Notes: generated from the sequence alone by a model not told the origin. A stretch of DNA of 64,000 nucleotides from the human T2T-CHM13v2.0 reference genome, Homo sapiens (GCF_009914755.1 NC_060947.1), one strand, 5' to 3'. Counted from the first letter of the stretch, positions 1 to 17,760 are shown. Numbers and translations are program-made.

Positions 1-1573
1 TGTTTTTGAAATAAATTAAATGTTCACACTCTATAATGAGATCAGACTTCTCTGGGTATAGGTTTCAATCATATCATGAATTAATGAATGAGTGCATTTG
101 TATATCCTCTAATACTGAGAGTATATTACTTAAGTTTTTTGAATAATCTTTTATTACCCGAGACTCTTGAGGAATAGTATTTCTAGTTATTACCCACCAC
201 AAACAAAGCTTTCAGAAAATCCTAGCAAACAGGATTGGCATATTATAGGATCAGATGTTGATATGGTTGTTTTCAAATAGTAGGAAGGATGGTATTATTT
301 GGAGAAATTTTTATTATCTGATTAAACACTTCTTGAGTAGAATCAGATGAACTCATTAGCTGAACATTTTGATTACCCGTGTTCTCCTAAATATCCCATG
401 ACCAGAAGAGTAGCTGTACAACTCTGATTTAATCCAATAACAATAATAACCAATTCTAGCTCCTTCTTTTATCACAGTCCATCAAAATAACACAAAGAAG
501 TCCAAATTAAAATAAGTTCAATGACAAAAAGAACATGTTCCTTTTCCAACTGTTCTAAAGCCTTTTCCTGTCTTTAAGCAAAGTTCATTCAGTCATTATC
601 TCATCTATGAAAGTAAAAGCAGAAGGATGTTTCCCTTATTAAATAAATGGCTTTATGCTTTCGATGTGGAAGGCATTTCATAACAGTCAAAAAAGGAAGC
701 GTTTTGAATGCCATCAACTCATTTCCTCCCACCCACTGTTTTAAATCGTTTGTTTGGTTCCAATGTATACTACACTTACATAAGTTGTTTATGAAGAGCC
801 AAATTAATAGTCTTTGCAATTGTTTTTGTTGGAATTTGGAGAGCTGACAAGTGAATTAGTAGAAAATGGCAATTCTACATGAATTAGCTTTTAAGTCTCC
901 CTAAGAGGCTGATGCAGAACTTAATAAGAGACTTATTAGGAGAAGTAGGACAACTTAATTCAGATTGATTATAGACTTCGGTGAAGACAGCTGGGGTTCA
1001 AATGAAACTGAAAAAGAACTTATATGCACTTCAAAGTATGCTAAGCAGATGTCTGAAACAATTACTCCGCTCTGCCTTTTCAGAAGTTTCAAAGGCGGGA
1101 TGGGAATAGCATGGTAAACGAAGGTTCTGTTTGCCTAAGTCGAGGTAGGGGCTTTTAAAACACACACAGCGCTATCTAAAATCAGATGCTTTGGGGAAAG
1201 AAAGTGATTTGACATTGCTGTCCTAAGTAATTTGCTTTTAGCTTTATAAACAAAGCAGGAGATGAGAGGGAATACATGGTAACTAAGTAATAAGCTCTCC
1301 TGGCAACACTAACTTACAATTAATTTCACATTGAATAAATAATTTGGTCAGGATTTTTTTTTTATTATTATTATACTTTAAGTTCTGGGATACATGTGCA
1401 GAACGTGCAGGTTTGTTACATAGGTATACACATGCCATGGTGGTTTGCTGCACCCATCAACCTGTCATCTACATTAGGTATTTCTCTTACTGCTATCCCT
1501 CCCCTAACCTCCCACCCCTCGACAGGCCCCGGTGTGTGATGTTCCCGTCCCTGTGTCCATGGGCTCTCGTTGT

Positions 1574-5360
<3,787 letters not shown>

Positions 5361-5429
5361 TATGATGCTAGCTGGTTACTTTGCCCGTTAGTTGATGCAG
5401 TTTCTTCATAGTGTGATGGTCTTTACAAT

Positions 5430-6450
5430 TTGTTATGTTTTTACCATGGCTGGTACCAGTTTTTCCTTTCCATATTTAGTGCTTCCTTCATTAGAAGCTC
5501 TTGTAAGGCAGGCCTGGTGGTGACAAAATCTCTCAGCATTTGCTTGTCTGTAAAGGATTTTATTTCTACTTTGCTTATGAAGCTTAGTTTGGCTGGATAT
5601 GAAATTCTGGGTTGAAAATTCTTTTCTTTAAGAATGTTGAATATTGGCCCCCACTCTCTTCTGGCTTGTAGGGTTTCTGCCAAATGATCCGCTGTTAGTC
5701 TGATGGGCTTTCCTTTGGGGTAGCCTGACCTTTCTCTCTGGCTGCCCTTAACATTTTTTCCTTCATTTCAACCTTGGTGAATCCGATTATTATGTGTCTT
5801 GGGTTGCTCTTCTCAAGGAGTATCTTTGTGGTGTTCTCCATATTTCCTGAATTTGAATGTTGGCCTGTCTTGCTAGGTTGGGGAAGTTCTCCTGGATAAT
5901 AACCTGAAGAGTGTTTTCCAACTTGGTTCCATTCTCCCCATCACTTTCAGGTACACCAATCAAATGTAGGTTTGGTCTTTTCACATCGTCCCATATTTCT
6001 TGAAGGCTTTGTTTGTTCCTTTTCATTCTTTTTTCAGTAATCTTCTCTTCATGCTTTATTTCATTAAGTTGATCTTCAGTCTCTGATATCCTTTCTTTTG
6101 CTTGGTCGATTTGGCTATTGATACTTGTGTATGCTTCACAAAGTTCTCGTGCTGTGTTTCTCAGCTCCTTCAGGTCATTTATGTTCCTCTCTAAACTGGT
6201 TATTCTAGTTAGCAATTCCTCTAACCTTTTTTTTAAGGTTCTTAGCTTCCTTGCATTGGGTTAGAACACGCTCCTTTAGCTCGTAAGAGTTTGTTATTAC
6301 CCACCTTCTGAAGCCTACTTCCGTCAATTCGTCAAACTCATTCTCCATCCAGTTTTGTTCCCTTGCTGGAGAGGAGTTGTGATCATTTGGAGGAGAAGAG
6401 GCGTTCCGGTTTTTGGAATTTTCAGGCTTTTTGTGCTGGTTTTTCCTCAT
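5430..6450 (-). pseudogene. Disrupted L1 ORF1
   Basis: MRKNQHKKPENSKN..., ...KRPNLHLIGVPESDGENG... and ...FQPRISYPAKLSF... are split by frameshifts and stops. End coordinate approximate. Confidence 0.9.
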
Positions 6451-9182
6451 CTTCGTGGATTTATCTACCTTTGGTCTTTGATGTTGGTGACCTTCAGATG
6501 GGGTTTTTGTGTGGACGTCCTTTTTGTTGATGTTGATGCTAGCAGTCAGGAACCCTCTGCTGCAGGTCTGCTGGAATTTGCTGGAGGTCCACTCCAGACC
6601 CTGTTTGCCTGAGTATCACCAGCAGAAGCTGCAGAACAGCAAAGATTGCTGTCTGTTCCTTCCTCTGGAAGCTTCATCCCAGAGGGGCACCTGCCAGATG
6701 CCAGCCAGAGCTCTCCTGTATGAGGGTGTCTGTCAACCCCTGCTGGGAGGTGTCTCCCAGTCAGGAGGCACGGGGGTCAGGACCCCACTTGAGAAGGCAG
6801 TCTGTCCCTTAGCAGAGCTCGAGTGCTGTGCTGGGAGATCTGCTGCTCTCTTCAGAGCCAGCAGGCAGGAACGTTTAAGTCTGCTGATGCTGCACCCACA
6901 GCTGCCCCTTCCCCGTGGTGCTCTGTCCCAGGGAGATGGGAGTTTTATCTATAAGCCCCTGACTGGGGCTGCTGCCTTTCTTTCAGAGATGCCCTGCCCA
7001 GAGAGAAGGAATCTAGAGAGGCAATCTGGCTACAGTGGCTTTGCCGAGCTGCGGTGAGCTCCGCCCAGTTAGAACTTCTTGACGGCTTTGTTTACACTGT
7101 GAGGGGAAAACTGCCTACTCAAGCTTCAGTAATGGCAGGTGCCCCTCCCCACACTAAGCTTGAGTATCCCAGGTCCACTTCAGACTGCTGTGCTGGCAGC
7201 GAGAATTTCAAGCCAGTGGATCTTAGCTGGCTGGGCTCCGTTGGGGGTGGGATCCACTGAGCTAGACCACTTGGCTCCCTGACTTCAGTCCCCTTTCCAG
7301 GGGAGTGAATGGTTCTATCTCGCTGGTGTTCCAGGTGACGCTGGGATATGAAAAAAACGCCTGCAGCTAGCTCGGTGTCTGCCCAAACAGCTGCCCAATT
7401 TTGTGCTTGAAACCCAGGGCCCTGGTGGCGTAGGCACCCGAGGGAATCTCCTGGTCTGCATGTTGCGGAGGCTGTGGGAAAAGCATAGTGTCTGGGCTGG
7501 AATGCTCCGTTCCTCAGGGCACAGTCCCTCACGGCTTCTGTTGGCTAGGGGAGGGAATTCCCTGACCCCTTGTGCTTCCGGGGTGAGGCGACATCCCACC
7601 GTGCTTCTGCGCCCTCTGTGGGCTGCACCCACTGTCTAACCAGTCCCAGTGAGATGAGCCGGGTACTGCAGTTGGAAATGCAGAAATCACCCACCTTCTG
7701 TGTTGATCTCACTAGGGGCTGCGCACCTGAGCTGTTCCTATTCAGCCATCTTGCCAGCCACTTCTTTGGTCAGGATTTTAAAGATGAATAATTCCTGCTT
7801 TAGTTTCTAAGCTGTATTAAACCCTAGATATTCTATTGAAAAGCTACTGAAAGTAAATCAATATATATGAATTCACATAATCCATAATCTTACAATAGCA
7901 TAAAATCCTTAATACAGTACTGGTTTAGAAACCCAGTAACATCTCTTATCACCAGTACATAAACATTCTATTAAAAATATACCGTACTTATAAAGTATGG
8001 AGTGACACTCGCTATAATATGGCCTTTGATAGACATATTTTCAGATATTAAAGGCCAAATCATATGCTTTTAAACATTGCAATTGCATGCTTTGTAAACT
8101 AGATAAAACCCTGGTTACTCCAAATAACAGGAATTAGCTTCATATTTAACCCAGATTTATGAAGGATTAAATATTTTTTCTTTGTTTTTTCTTCTCCATC
8201 AAAGGCTTACTTAATACACATAGCATTTTTACAACAACAACAATGAAAGCCTCCACACGGCAATTCATTTGTAGTTCTTTAACAATGCACAAAACATTAA
8301 TAAATTTTCCTCTTCCTACTATAGGCAGTATACCTTATTCATTATGAAGATATCACAAGTTTATTCAGAGTTGGGAGAGCTTACATGTTTTGAATGATTT
8401 TTAGGATCGCCCTGTTCATGTTGGTTCTATCTGCTCATTCATCCCCTAATTCTATAAGAAAAGATAAGTTTTCCTTACATAACTCATATATAAGAAATCA
8501 AGTAAGGTTGACTTGACTCATATAAATGGGAAGCATAACAAAATTAATACAATAAGAAGAAAACTTTAGAACCAAGGTTAAGAAGAGAAAAGCAATAAGG
8601 GAAGATAGTTGCATGAACATGGTTGCAAGTATCTTGCTTGCCAAAGTGAAGATGAAATTCTAATACATTATATCACATTTCACATTATCTATTCAGAGGA
8701 AATATGCTTGGCTTCCTCAATGTCAAATTCTAACATAGCGTTTCTTTGACAAATTTCTCAAAAAAACCCAAAGCCACAGGGACTGAGGATGGTAAGCCTA
8801 AAAAGGTGGATTTGCCAGTTTTCTTCTTAAAACTTTAGATGTGAATGCTGAAGATAAATAAGGATGGCATCGTCACTTCATCATAATTTCTAGCCTACTA
8901 CACACATCATTAAATCAATCTCAATTTGAATGCCAAAAAAGGTTTAATCAAAACATTTCATTGTAGGAACTTTAAAGAAAAAACTCATAGAATCCCTGCC
9001 CTGACTTTTCACAGTAAGAAATGCAAGTTAAAAGTTTGACAAAAATGCGATATGCATAACTACATAGATGCGACAGATTTGCATATTCCAAGATGGCAGC
9101 CTGGGAGAGTTATTTACAGTGTATGAAAAACTGTGTTCAGAGTCAACAGGTAAACTAAGAACAGTGAAATATTCCTGGCTCA

Positions 9183-9537
<355 letters not shown>

Positions 9538-9590
9538 AGAGAAACCATGGTTTATTAAAACAAAAACAAAACATTAAAAAACAGCAATCT

Positions 9591-9879
9591 GGCCGGGAGC
9601 GGTGGCTCACGCCTGTAATCCCAGCACTTTGGGAGGCCAAGGTGGGCGGATCACGAGATCAAGAGATCAAGACCATCCTGGCCAACATGGTGAAACCCCG
9701 TCTCTACTAAAATTACAAAAATCAGCTGGGCGTGGTGGTGCGCGCCTGTAGTCCCAGCTACTCAGGAGGCTGAGGCAGGAGAATTGCTTGAACCCAGGAG
9801 GTTCAGCGAGCCGAGATCTCACCACTGCACTCCAGCCTGGTGACAGAGTGAGACTCTGTCTCAAAAAAAAAAAAAAAAA
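9591..9879 (+). mobile_element. AluS (AluSc-like)
   Basis: GGCCGGGAGCGGTGGCTCACG start, AAGAGATC...CCATCCTGGCCAACATG diagnostic, A tail; TSD AAAACA(G/A)CAATC. Confidence 0.93.
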
Positions 9880-10596
9880 GAAAACAACAATCCACAAACC
9901 TTTTCACCTTGGGATTGTCCTGAAGAACAAAAATCTTGTATCCAGACTACAGGTTTAAAAGTTATTCTACTTTATTAAAGCCTTTATATATTCCACTTAC
10001 AGATCTATGTGGAACACCTAGTAATTCAAAAAGTTATTCCTATTCCCCATTACAAGGAAGGTAGAATATTTGTCTAGTCAAATAAGCACTGGTGCTATTT
10101 TCAGTAAAGTGAAAAGTCATGATCTTGCCCTTAAAATATTTGATAAGCAGTATAAATCATGAATTTTAAAAGTAAAGAAGCATTTAAAACTTAAATTTGA
10201 TTCTACTGTTTTTTCCTATGGAAGCTATGTTTGGAAGGCTGAGATTCTCTTAGTGAGCAATATAGTCAATATTAATATTGTGTTTCCATTTATTAATTTA
10301 CCATGTTCACCACCCGCAGATGATCAGCTAGCAATAATGCCATTTCCATAAAGGCCAGGGACTTAGTCATTGTTGTTTCACCCATTCTTTAAATCCAAAA
10401 GCCACATTTGCTAATACAATTACAGAATGCTAAATCTCACAGAAACACATATTACTTAGTTTCTTGAATAACAAGTTATTTAACACATAAGATCAGAATG
10501 GAGGGGGGGTACTATGATAGAGTGTCTAGGGGTAAGGAAAATGAACTGATATGGATATATAAAATGTTCTTCTAGCTAGCTGCCTAGTTATCAGTG

Positions 10597-10914
10597 CTGT
10601 AATCCACTTTGGGAGGCCAAGGTGAGTGGATCACCTGAGGTCAGAAGTTCGAGACTAGCCTGGCCAACATGGTGAAACCCCATCTCTACTAAAAAATACA
10701 AAAAAAAAAAAATAGCTGGGCATGGTGGTGGGCGCCTGTAGTCCCAGCTATTTGGGAGGCTGAGGCGGAGAACTGCTTGAGCCCAGGAGGTGGAGGTTGC
10801 AGTGAGCCGAGATAGCACCACTGCACTCCAGCCTGGGTGACAGAGCGAGACTGTCGCAAAAAAAAAATAAAATAAAATAAAATAAAATAAAATAAAATAA
10901 AATAAAATAAAAAA
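10597..10914 (+). mobile_element. 5'-truncated AluS with (AAAAT)n tail; apparent copy of the Alu at 9226
   Basis: Alu body lacking the first ~22 nt, followed by the same 20-bp 3' flank as the 9226 Alu. Confidence 0.92.
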
Positions 10915-11989
10915 AGAGAAACCATGGTTTATTAGAAAAGTTCCCTACAGCATGAATCCTCTGAGGGCTTAAATTGCTGAGTGGAAAAATGGGAAGAGTG
11001 GTTTCAAGTACACTTCTACTTTTTTTCTGAAATAAATTTTAGTTAATAAAACTCATTCTTTGTAAACTACTACCCCCAAAGCTTCAGAGTTTCAAACCCA
11101 GTGTCAATAAGATGCAGTGGAGAAAAATGATTTATTTCCACTGCAAAATTAAAGAAGAGCTACCGAAGGGAGATAAATATATATGAATTCATGTAATTCA
11201 TAGTTTGAAACACGCATAAAATACAACACAGATTCAAAAGCCCAATCACATCTACTATTACCAGTACATAAAAATTCAGATAAGTACCATAACTTAAGTG
11301 TATATATGTCTGAGAAAGATAGATGTGCTGGGTTATAAATATAATTTTTCGAAAGGTATGTTTAATGTTTATATGTTTTGCTATCATTGGGATCAGAATG
11401 AGAGTTTTACCAATCAGGGTATGGAAAATGAAGTTTGTCTTAAGACCAAGAACAGATAAGACAGGGAAACTAAAAGGAATACCGCAAATAGGGTTGGGTG
11501 AAGGCCAGCTGATACTTGAACTGTTATGCTTTTAGTTATTTTTAATTATTAAATTATGCTGTACACATTCTCTTCTCCATCCATACTCAGTATCTTACAA
11601 ATGCACCTGTGTGACAAGTATGGCTAAAAATGAATCCCTTATGTCTGCTCTACAGCCTATCTATTGAGCAATTTAATTGACATATTAACTAATTTAGTTC
11701 CACTGGGACATTTTCCTAACTTATTTCTCATTTTTGGAGAAGTCTGTCAAAAAATTAGTCCCTATATTTTTGAATAAAATCAACATATTTAATGCTTTTA
11801 AAATACTAGGTAATACATTTCAAAACCCTTAGTTTTCCAGTACACAGCAAGGTTAACCCTTACTTTAAATGTTAGACATGGGGTCATAAAACATTGGGGT
11901 AGAAGGGATTTTACAAGTATTAGAGTCAAATTTTTAATCTTTTCTTTTTAAAAATTTTACCTACTATTTTAATGAAGAGCTATGCAATT

Positions 11990-12541
11990 CAACATTAGAC
12001 CATAGGCTTCATGAAGGCAATGATCAAGTCTGTTTCTTTTATAACTACCTGTCCAGCACATTATATAATGACTCATAAACAGTTGTTGAGTGAATAAATG
12101 AAGGTACCTAATGAGATTCCTCATATGTTGCTGGCCCTGGGCTAGCAGCCCAAAGATGTACAGCATGATCCTTGCTCTTAGCAACTTCACTTTCTCTGGG
12201 AGAAAAAAAAATGCATAAGCAAGTTGCTACAATATATGTGAAATTTAAGTGTGACAATTTAGCATGCTTGGTGATCTATGAGAGTACCAACTGTAAGCAG
12301 TTTCTTCTGCTTGGTGGGAGTTGGGGGTTGTAGACACTCAGGAAAGACAACAAAGATAGGTAACATTTTGGCTGGTCCTTGAGGGCTGAAGGAGAATTCG
12401 CCAAGTAGACAACGTAGGGGGATCCAGACAGAGAGAACAGCATTTGCAAAGGCAGATATATCTATATCTATATCTATGTGTATATATATGTGTATATCTA
12501 TGTATATATGTATATATACTATGTATATATCTAACTATGTA

Positions 12542-12593
<52 letters not shown>

Positions 12594-13550
12594 TACTTTA
12601 CAGACACACACATTCAATACACTCTGCCCATATCACCCCTTTTTCCCAAATATGCCATCACATATATATATATATCATATGGGCAGAGTGTATTAAATGG
12701 TCTGGAGAATAGGAGCTATGGCTGAGAAGGTAAGTCAAGGCTAGGAAGAAAAGGGCCACGTAATCTCCTTATTCATTGGATTTCATTCTCTAGGCAAGTA
12801 TTCTCCCGCAAGGAGTTTGGATTGGAATTGGAAGAAGCTGGGTAATGCAGGAACATCAGCAAAGAAACCATTCATCCATCCATTAATTCACCAAATGTTT
12901 AAAATGCAGTATCTGAGATATGCCAGGCACACAGAGGGGTGAATGGGATTTAAAGATGTATACTGTTATCATCTAAGTAAAAGATGCTGGGGATTAAAAA
13001 GGACATTGGTTAAAAGAGGAGAGAAAACACAAAAGAGCTATTCTGAGGTAACATGAGCCATCATGTGCCATCAGTGAAAATGCAGAAGGGTTTAAGGATG
13101 AACCTAAAGTTTCTAGCCTGGAAAATTTGTTGGATGATGATTCATTAACTGAAATAGGAAACAGGAAAAAAAAGGTCAGATAAGAGGGGACAGAAGTAGG
13201 GAAATGGAAAACAGGAGAACAAATGAACTTGGTTTCAGAATAGTTGCATTTGTGATCGTAATGCCACATGGATTCAGAGATCAGAAGAGAGATGCGGACT
13301 AGAGATGTAGATACATCACCATCCAGGCCATCTCAAACAGGGAGGGTTTAAACAATCAAAAGAGAATTAGGCTAAGGTTAGAAACTTGGGCACAACAGTA
13401 TTTGAGGGGTGGCTAGGAGAAGAATCTAGAAAAATATAGGAAGAAGAACATGGATGGAACAGTTCCATGAAAGCCAAGGAAGAGGACAACTTCTAGAATG
13501 AGGATGCTGAGATGCTGGCAAACATGCTGAGTGCATGAGGGAATTTAACT
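11990..13550. mobile_element. Degenerate L2/MIR-type fragments
   Basis: L2 3'-end signatures (TGTTGAGTGAATAAATGAA; CATTCATCCATCCATTAATTCACCAAATGTTT) and a purine-rich L2-like body. Boundaries approximate. Confidence 0.5.
12455..12680. repeat. Compound (TA)n/(TG)n/(CA)n microsatellite
   Basis: Seen directly. Confidence 0.95.
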
Positions 13551-13950
13551 TCTTTTGAATTTTAATCTAGGAGGATTTTTGTGATTTTGACAATAGATGA
13601 GTAGTTGCTGATTTCAAAATGATACTCCTAAATATGTATTTTTTTCTACAGAATATATTTGCCATCTTTGTGCCACAAGGGAATTTAACTTTGGTCTTAT
13701 AGACAGTGGTCTTCCAAATATATAATGATTTTCCCTCATTTCTGCAGTGGGCCAATGAAACTTGAAACTGTATTACAAATGTTGCCTTCCAAGGGAAGGG
13801 CAACACATTAACAGCCTTATTTCACCAAACCATAACTTACCCAAGTCATGTAATTTGGTTAGCAAAAGGGCCAACACCTAGACTCCTGGCTTTTGATTAA
13901 GTGTTTTATTTTTCTGTATTCTGATACTAAGTAACACAAGCAATACACCA

Positions 13951-13952
<2 letters not shown>

Positions 13953-13985
<33 letters not shown>
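13953..13985. repeat. (CA)16 microsatellite
   Basis: Seen directly; reads (UG)16 in DMD pre-mRNA. Confidence 0.97.
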
Positions 13986-13986
<1 letters not shown>

Positions 13987-14259
13987 CAGACTTTAGTACA
14001 ATCACTTAATATCAAAGTCAAAGTGATTTCTTGCCCTGTAACTGTTTTAATATTTCATTTCATATAACTGAAGACAGACAAATAATTAGATCACTGTCTT
14101 CTCTTGGAGAAAATACCATGTGAATGAAGACTGAATTTGTGAAAGACGGACTGATTTCTCTAGCTTTAACTTTGTGGGAAGATAACACTGCACTCAAGTT
14201 CAGATTAGAAGCTCTTTTGAGTCTCTCAAAGGGCCCTGAAGCAAAGAAGTAGACGGTAC

Positions 14260-14528
14260 CTTGACTTTCTCGAGGTGATCTTGGAGAGAGTCAATGAGGA
14301 GATCGCCCACGGGCTGCCAGGATCCCTTGATCACCTCAGCTTGGCGCAGCTTGAGGTCCAGCTCATCCGTGGCCTCTTGAAGTTCCTGGAGTCTTTCAAG
14401 GGTCTCATCTATTTTTCTCTGCCAGTCAGCGGAGTGCAGGTTCAATTTTTCCCACTCAGTATTGACCTCCTCAGCCTGCTTTCGTAGAAGCCGAGTGACA
14501 TTCTGGGCTCTCTCCTCAGGAGGCAGCT
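14260..14528 (-). CDS. DMD: Dystrophin exon 59 (269 nt)
   Basis: Acceptor ccaatttag|AGCTGCCT, donor GTCAAG|gtaccg. Encodes (E)LPPEERAQNVTRLLRKQAEEVNTEWEKL...LLIDSLQDHLEKVK. Confidence 0.99.
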
Positions 14529-15136
14529 CTAAATTGGCAATATGACAAGGTTTTAGGCCACATTCTTTTTTTTTAAACATTGTCAAAAAGGTCATACTGG
14601 AAGAAAGAAAGAGTACAGTTGAACAAGAGGGTAACCTACTGATTAACGGCTTTTTTATACTTTGGCATAAATTTTGATACAGCCCAGAACATCTAAAGTA
14701 TATCTTCCTGAGTTTCTACCTTATATCAATCCGACAATTTAAGATTCACTTAAGCTATTGAGGAGAAAAACGTTAGGATGCATACCACAAGCTCTAATTT
14801 ACTTCAGGCAGGCTCTTAAATGGAAAATTAACTTGTAGTCTTTGCAACAATAGAATTCCTCCTCACAGATAACTCCCTTTGTTTATTATTTTCTAAATGT
14901 TCCAATAACTGATTGCTAATCTCTTTTGATGTTTATTTATGAATGCACAAACTGATTTATGCATGGTAGTTTATGAGTCCTTATTTTTTTTTCAGCATCT
15001 ATGTTTAATTTGAATTGATTCTATTTAACCAAGAAAATATGAGAGCTATCCAGACCCTGGCAGCAAGAATGGATGGGCTGCTCCGTCACCACTGATCCTT
15101 CTATCAATATGTTATTATAGTTCCACATTCAATTAC

Positions 15137-15257
15137 CTCTGGGCTCCTGGTAGAGTTTCTCTAGTCCTTCCAAAGGCTGCTCTGTCAGAAATATTCGTAC
15201 AGTCTCAAGAGTACTCATGATTACAGGTTCTTTAGTTTTCAATTCCCTCTTGAAGGC
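15137..15257 (-). CDS. DMD: Dystrophin exon 58 (121 nt)
   Basis: Acceptor ctcatttcacag|GCCTTC, donor CCAGAG|gtaatt. Encodes AFKRELKTKEPVIMSTLETVRIFLTEQPLEGLEKLYQEPR. Confidence 0.99.
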
Positions 15258-16704
15258 CTGTGAAATGAGATGAAAAGAAGTGCTTATTTGGCTTGTGGCA
15301 TTCTTCTCAAAATTAATCCTGGGTGCTCAGAACTTGTTTATGAAACTCCCAGGTCAATTTCTATCTCTTTTATTTATACACTGATGGTTATAAAATGATT
15401 TTTTTTAAAGGCTATATGGGTCTATCTGTTAATGAGGAAAGCGCTGTGTTTGTAAAGCTATTCTGGGGAGATGGGGGGAGCATTCTGGATAGTTAATGCC
15501 CTCTCATTGAGATAAGAGTGCTTTGTTTATGTAACCTGACAGCCATACTTCAAATCTACAGCTAAAGTTTCAAGGTATATATTGCAAAACTCTAGCATGG
15601 CTAATGAGGACTTAAACATACCCCAAATAGTGGATATCCAGAACATAATGGGAAGCCTTAAGGGCCATTTGCAGGACCTTAGGCTATATTAAAGTATACA
15701 ATGAATCCAACTGACAATCACCAGTTAATTCTGTCAAAATGTCTGACAAGGTATAAAATAGGTAAGCTAAGAGAAAAGTCTCAATACTTTTGAAAAATAG
15801 TCATTACATCATCCATTGTGACCTCTTTGAGAATAGTAGAAATGTTTTGAGCTATTATGGATGTAGGAATTGCGGACACTAGTTTCTATAAATGAACAGA
15901 TCTAGAATTAATCTTTAATCTGTAATCTTCCTTTATCCAGGGGATCAAGAGAAAAACAAAATGAATAGTTTCTGCCTTCAAAAAGTTTCTAGATCCAAAG
16001 AAGGGAGAAAATTAACACTAGAAGCAGAGTGAAAACAGTAAGTTCACACATAATCGAGTGCTAAAAGGATCGTGAGGTATACCGTGAGCCTAGAATAACC
16101 TAACGGATACTCTGACACCATTGAAGAGAGTTATTGACCCAGATTCTTTGATCTCAGAAGTGAGGGTATTAATAAAAGTATTAAGTGCATGCTACATAAA
16201 TGCTAATATAACTGTTTAACAATAACAGTAATATTTGCCCTGATCTAGGGCTTAATTTTTGTAACTTTTTTCAACTCTGTCTTTTAGCAATGTTGCCTGC
16301 TGAATTTAAGCCCTGTTCTTTCACTGGGGAAAAACAAATTAGCAGTATTCTTCCTTGAATTTCAGATATGCCATTATGTTACAGAAGTGTTCCAGAGCTG
16401 TATTGTATGACACATTTATTAATAAAATCTTAGCGGTGTTCACCATTCAAAAGAATCCTGAGTCTGATACTTTGCAAAATGATTCATCATCCACAGCTAT
16501 TTACAATTCAATAGAGAAAGGGAAGGCGTTTGAACCAAAATACTGGAGTTCTGTAAGTAGAATATTAGGATTCAGCCTACAGATAGGGAAGTACTTTCTG
16601 AATAATGGGATATTTCTGTACCCTAAAATCATGCTAGATACGTGAGTTATTTACTCTGCTTACATATAAAGCTGATTCTCCTGATATTTCACTTGAAATC
16701 TCCA

Positions 16705-16709
<5 letters not shown>

Positions 16710-16752
<43 letters not shown>
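16710..16752. repeat. (TG)~21 microsatellite
   Basis: Seen directly; reads (CA)n in DMD pre-mRNA. Confidence 0.97.
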
Positions 16753-16754
<2 letters not shown>

Positions 16755-16899
16755 CAGTTGTTGTATTCTTGTGTTTTTTTTCATACAATTAAGTTTCCCA
16801 AATTCAAGTAAATTATCATTTTGCCTAGTTTCTCTGTTTGGACCTGAAGGGAGGCAATTAATACTGACATTACTAATTATAAAAATAATAATGGCTCCC

Positions 16900-17760
16900 T
16901 CTATTGAACTACCATGTGTCAGTGGTTGTACCTGAAACTGGAAATACAAAGTTGAATGCAAAACAGCCCTTTCTATTTAGGAATATTTAACATATAATAG
17001 AAGAGTCAGACACGTAAATAATTTCAATACAATGTAGACAGTGCTATAGACTTGCGCAATATGGGGAAGAAAATCGGGAAAAGCTTCCAGGAGAAGCTAG
17101 TAATCACATAGAATTCAAAAGCATGAACATGACTTATTCAAGGAAGAGTATGCTAGAGAACATTCCAAGAAGAGGAAAATGCAAGTGCAGAGTCATAGGA
17201 CATAGTGCAGTATGGTATGTATCGGAATCTCAAGCAGGCCAGTGTTTCTAGAGCATAAAGAACAAGGAGAGGGCATGTCCAAAGATGAAAAAGACACTAT
17301 TGCTATCTGGAAATACATTAGATTTTTAAACCAGAATTTGAAGCTCTGCCTCTCTATGATCACATATGGTCCACTAAGAGGCTTAGGTGTTGCCTTGAAG
17401 GTAATCAGGAACCTTTGAACGGTTTTAACCAAGGGAGTGGCACAGGAATATGTGTGCTTCAAATAGATCTTCCTGATATAAATACAGAGTATGTATTTGA
17501 GAAGAACAGAAATGGAATCAGAGAGATAATGAGGCAATTGTAAGAATTCAGTGCAAGATTATGAGGATTTGACTCAGGGCAATGGTACCAGGAAAAATGA
17601 CAGGGATAGGATAGGGAAATGTCTAAAAATCTGAAGTGTGAAAATTTGGTGACTGAATAGATGCTGGAGAGAAGAGAGAAAAAGAAACAAGAATGACACT
17701 TAGTGTCTAGGTTGAGTAGATGAGCAAACGCTGGGTGCAATTCAACTAAGTATGAGGAAA
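16900..17760. mobile_element. Degenerate L2 fragment
   Basis: L2-like purine-rich sequence. Boundaries approximate. Confidence 0.45.

Noticed and set aside
860-1320. Possible old LTR-like element
   Set aside because: Composition is suggestive, but I could not identify termini, a TSD or a family.
6509-7057. 182-aa plus-strand ORF
   Set aside because: Lies antisense in the GC-rich L1 5'UTR, starts at a non-ATG codon and resembles no known protein.
12338-12725. ORFs rich in YI/CV/HT
   Set aside because: Microsatellite translations.
14200-14595. 131-aa ORF as a standalone gene
   Set aside because: It is DMD exon 59 plus open intronic flanks; splice sites delimit 14260-14528.
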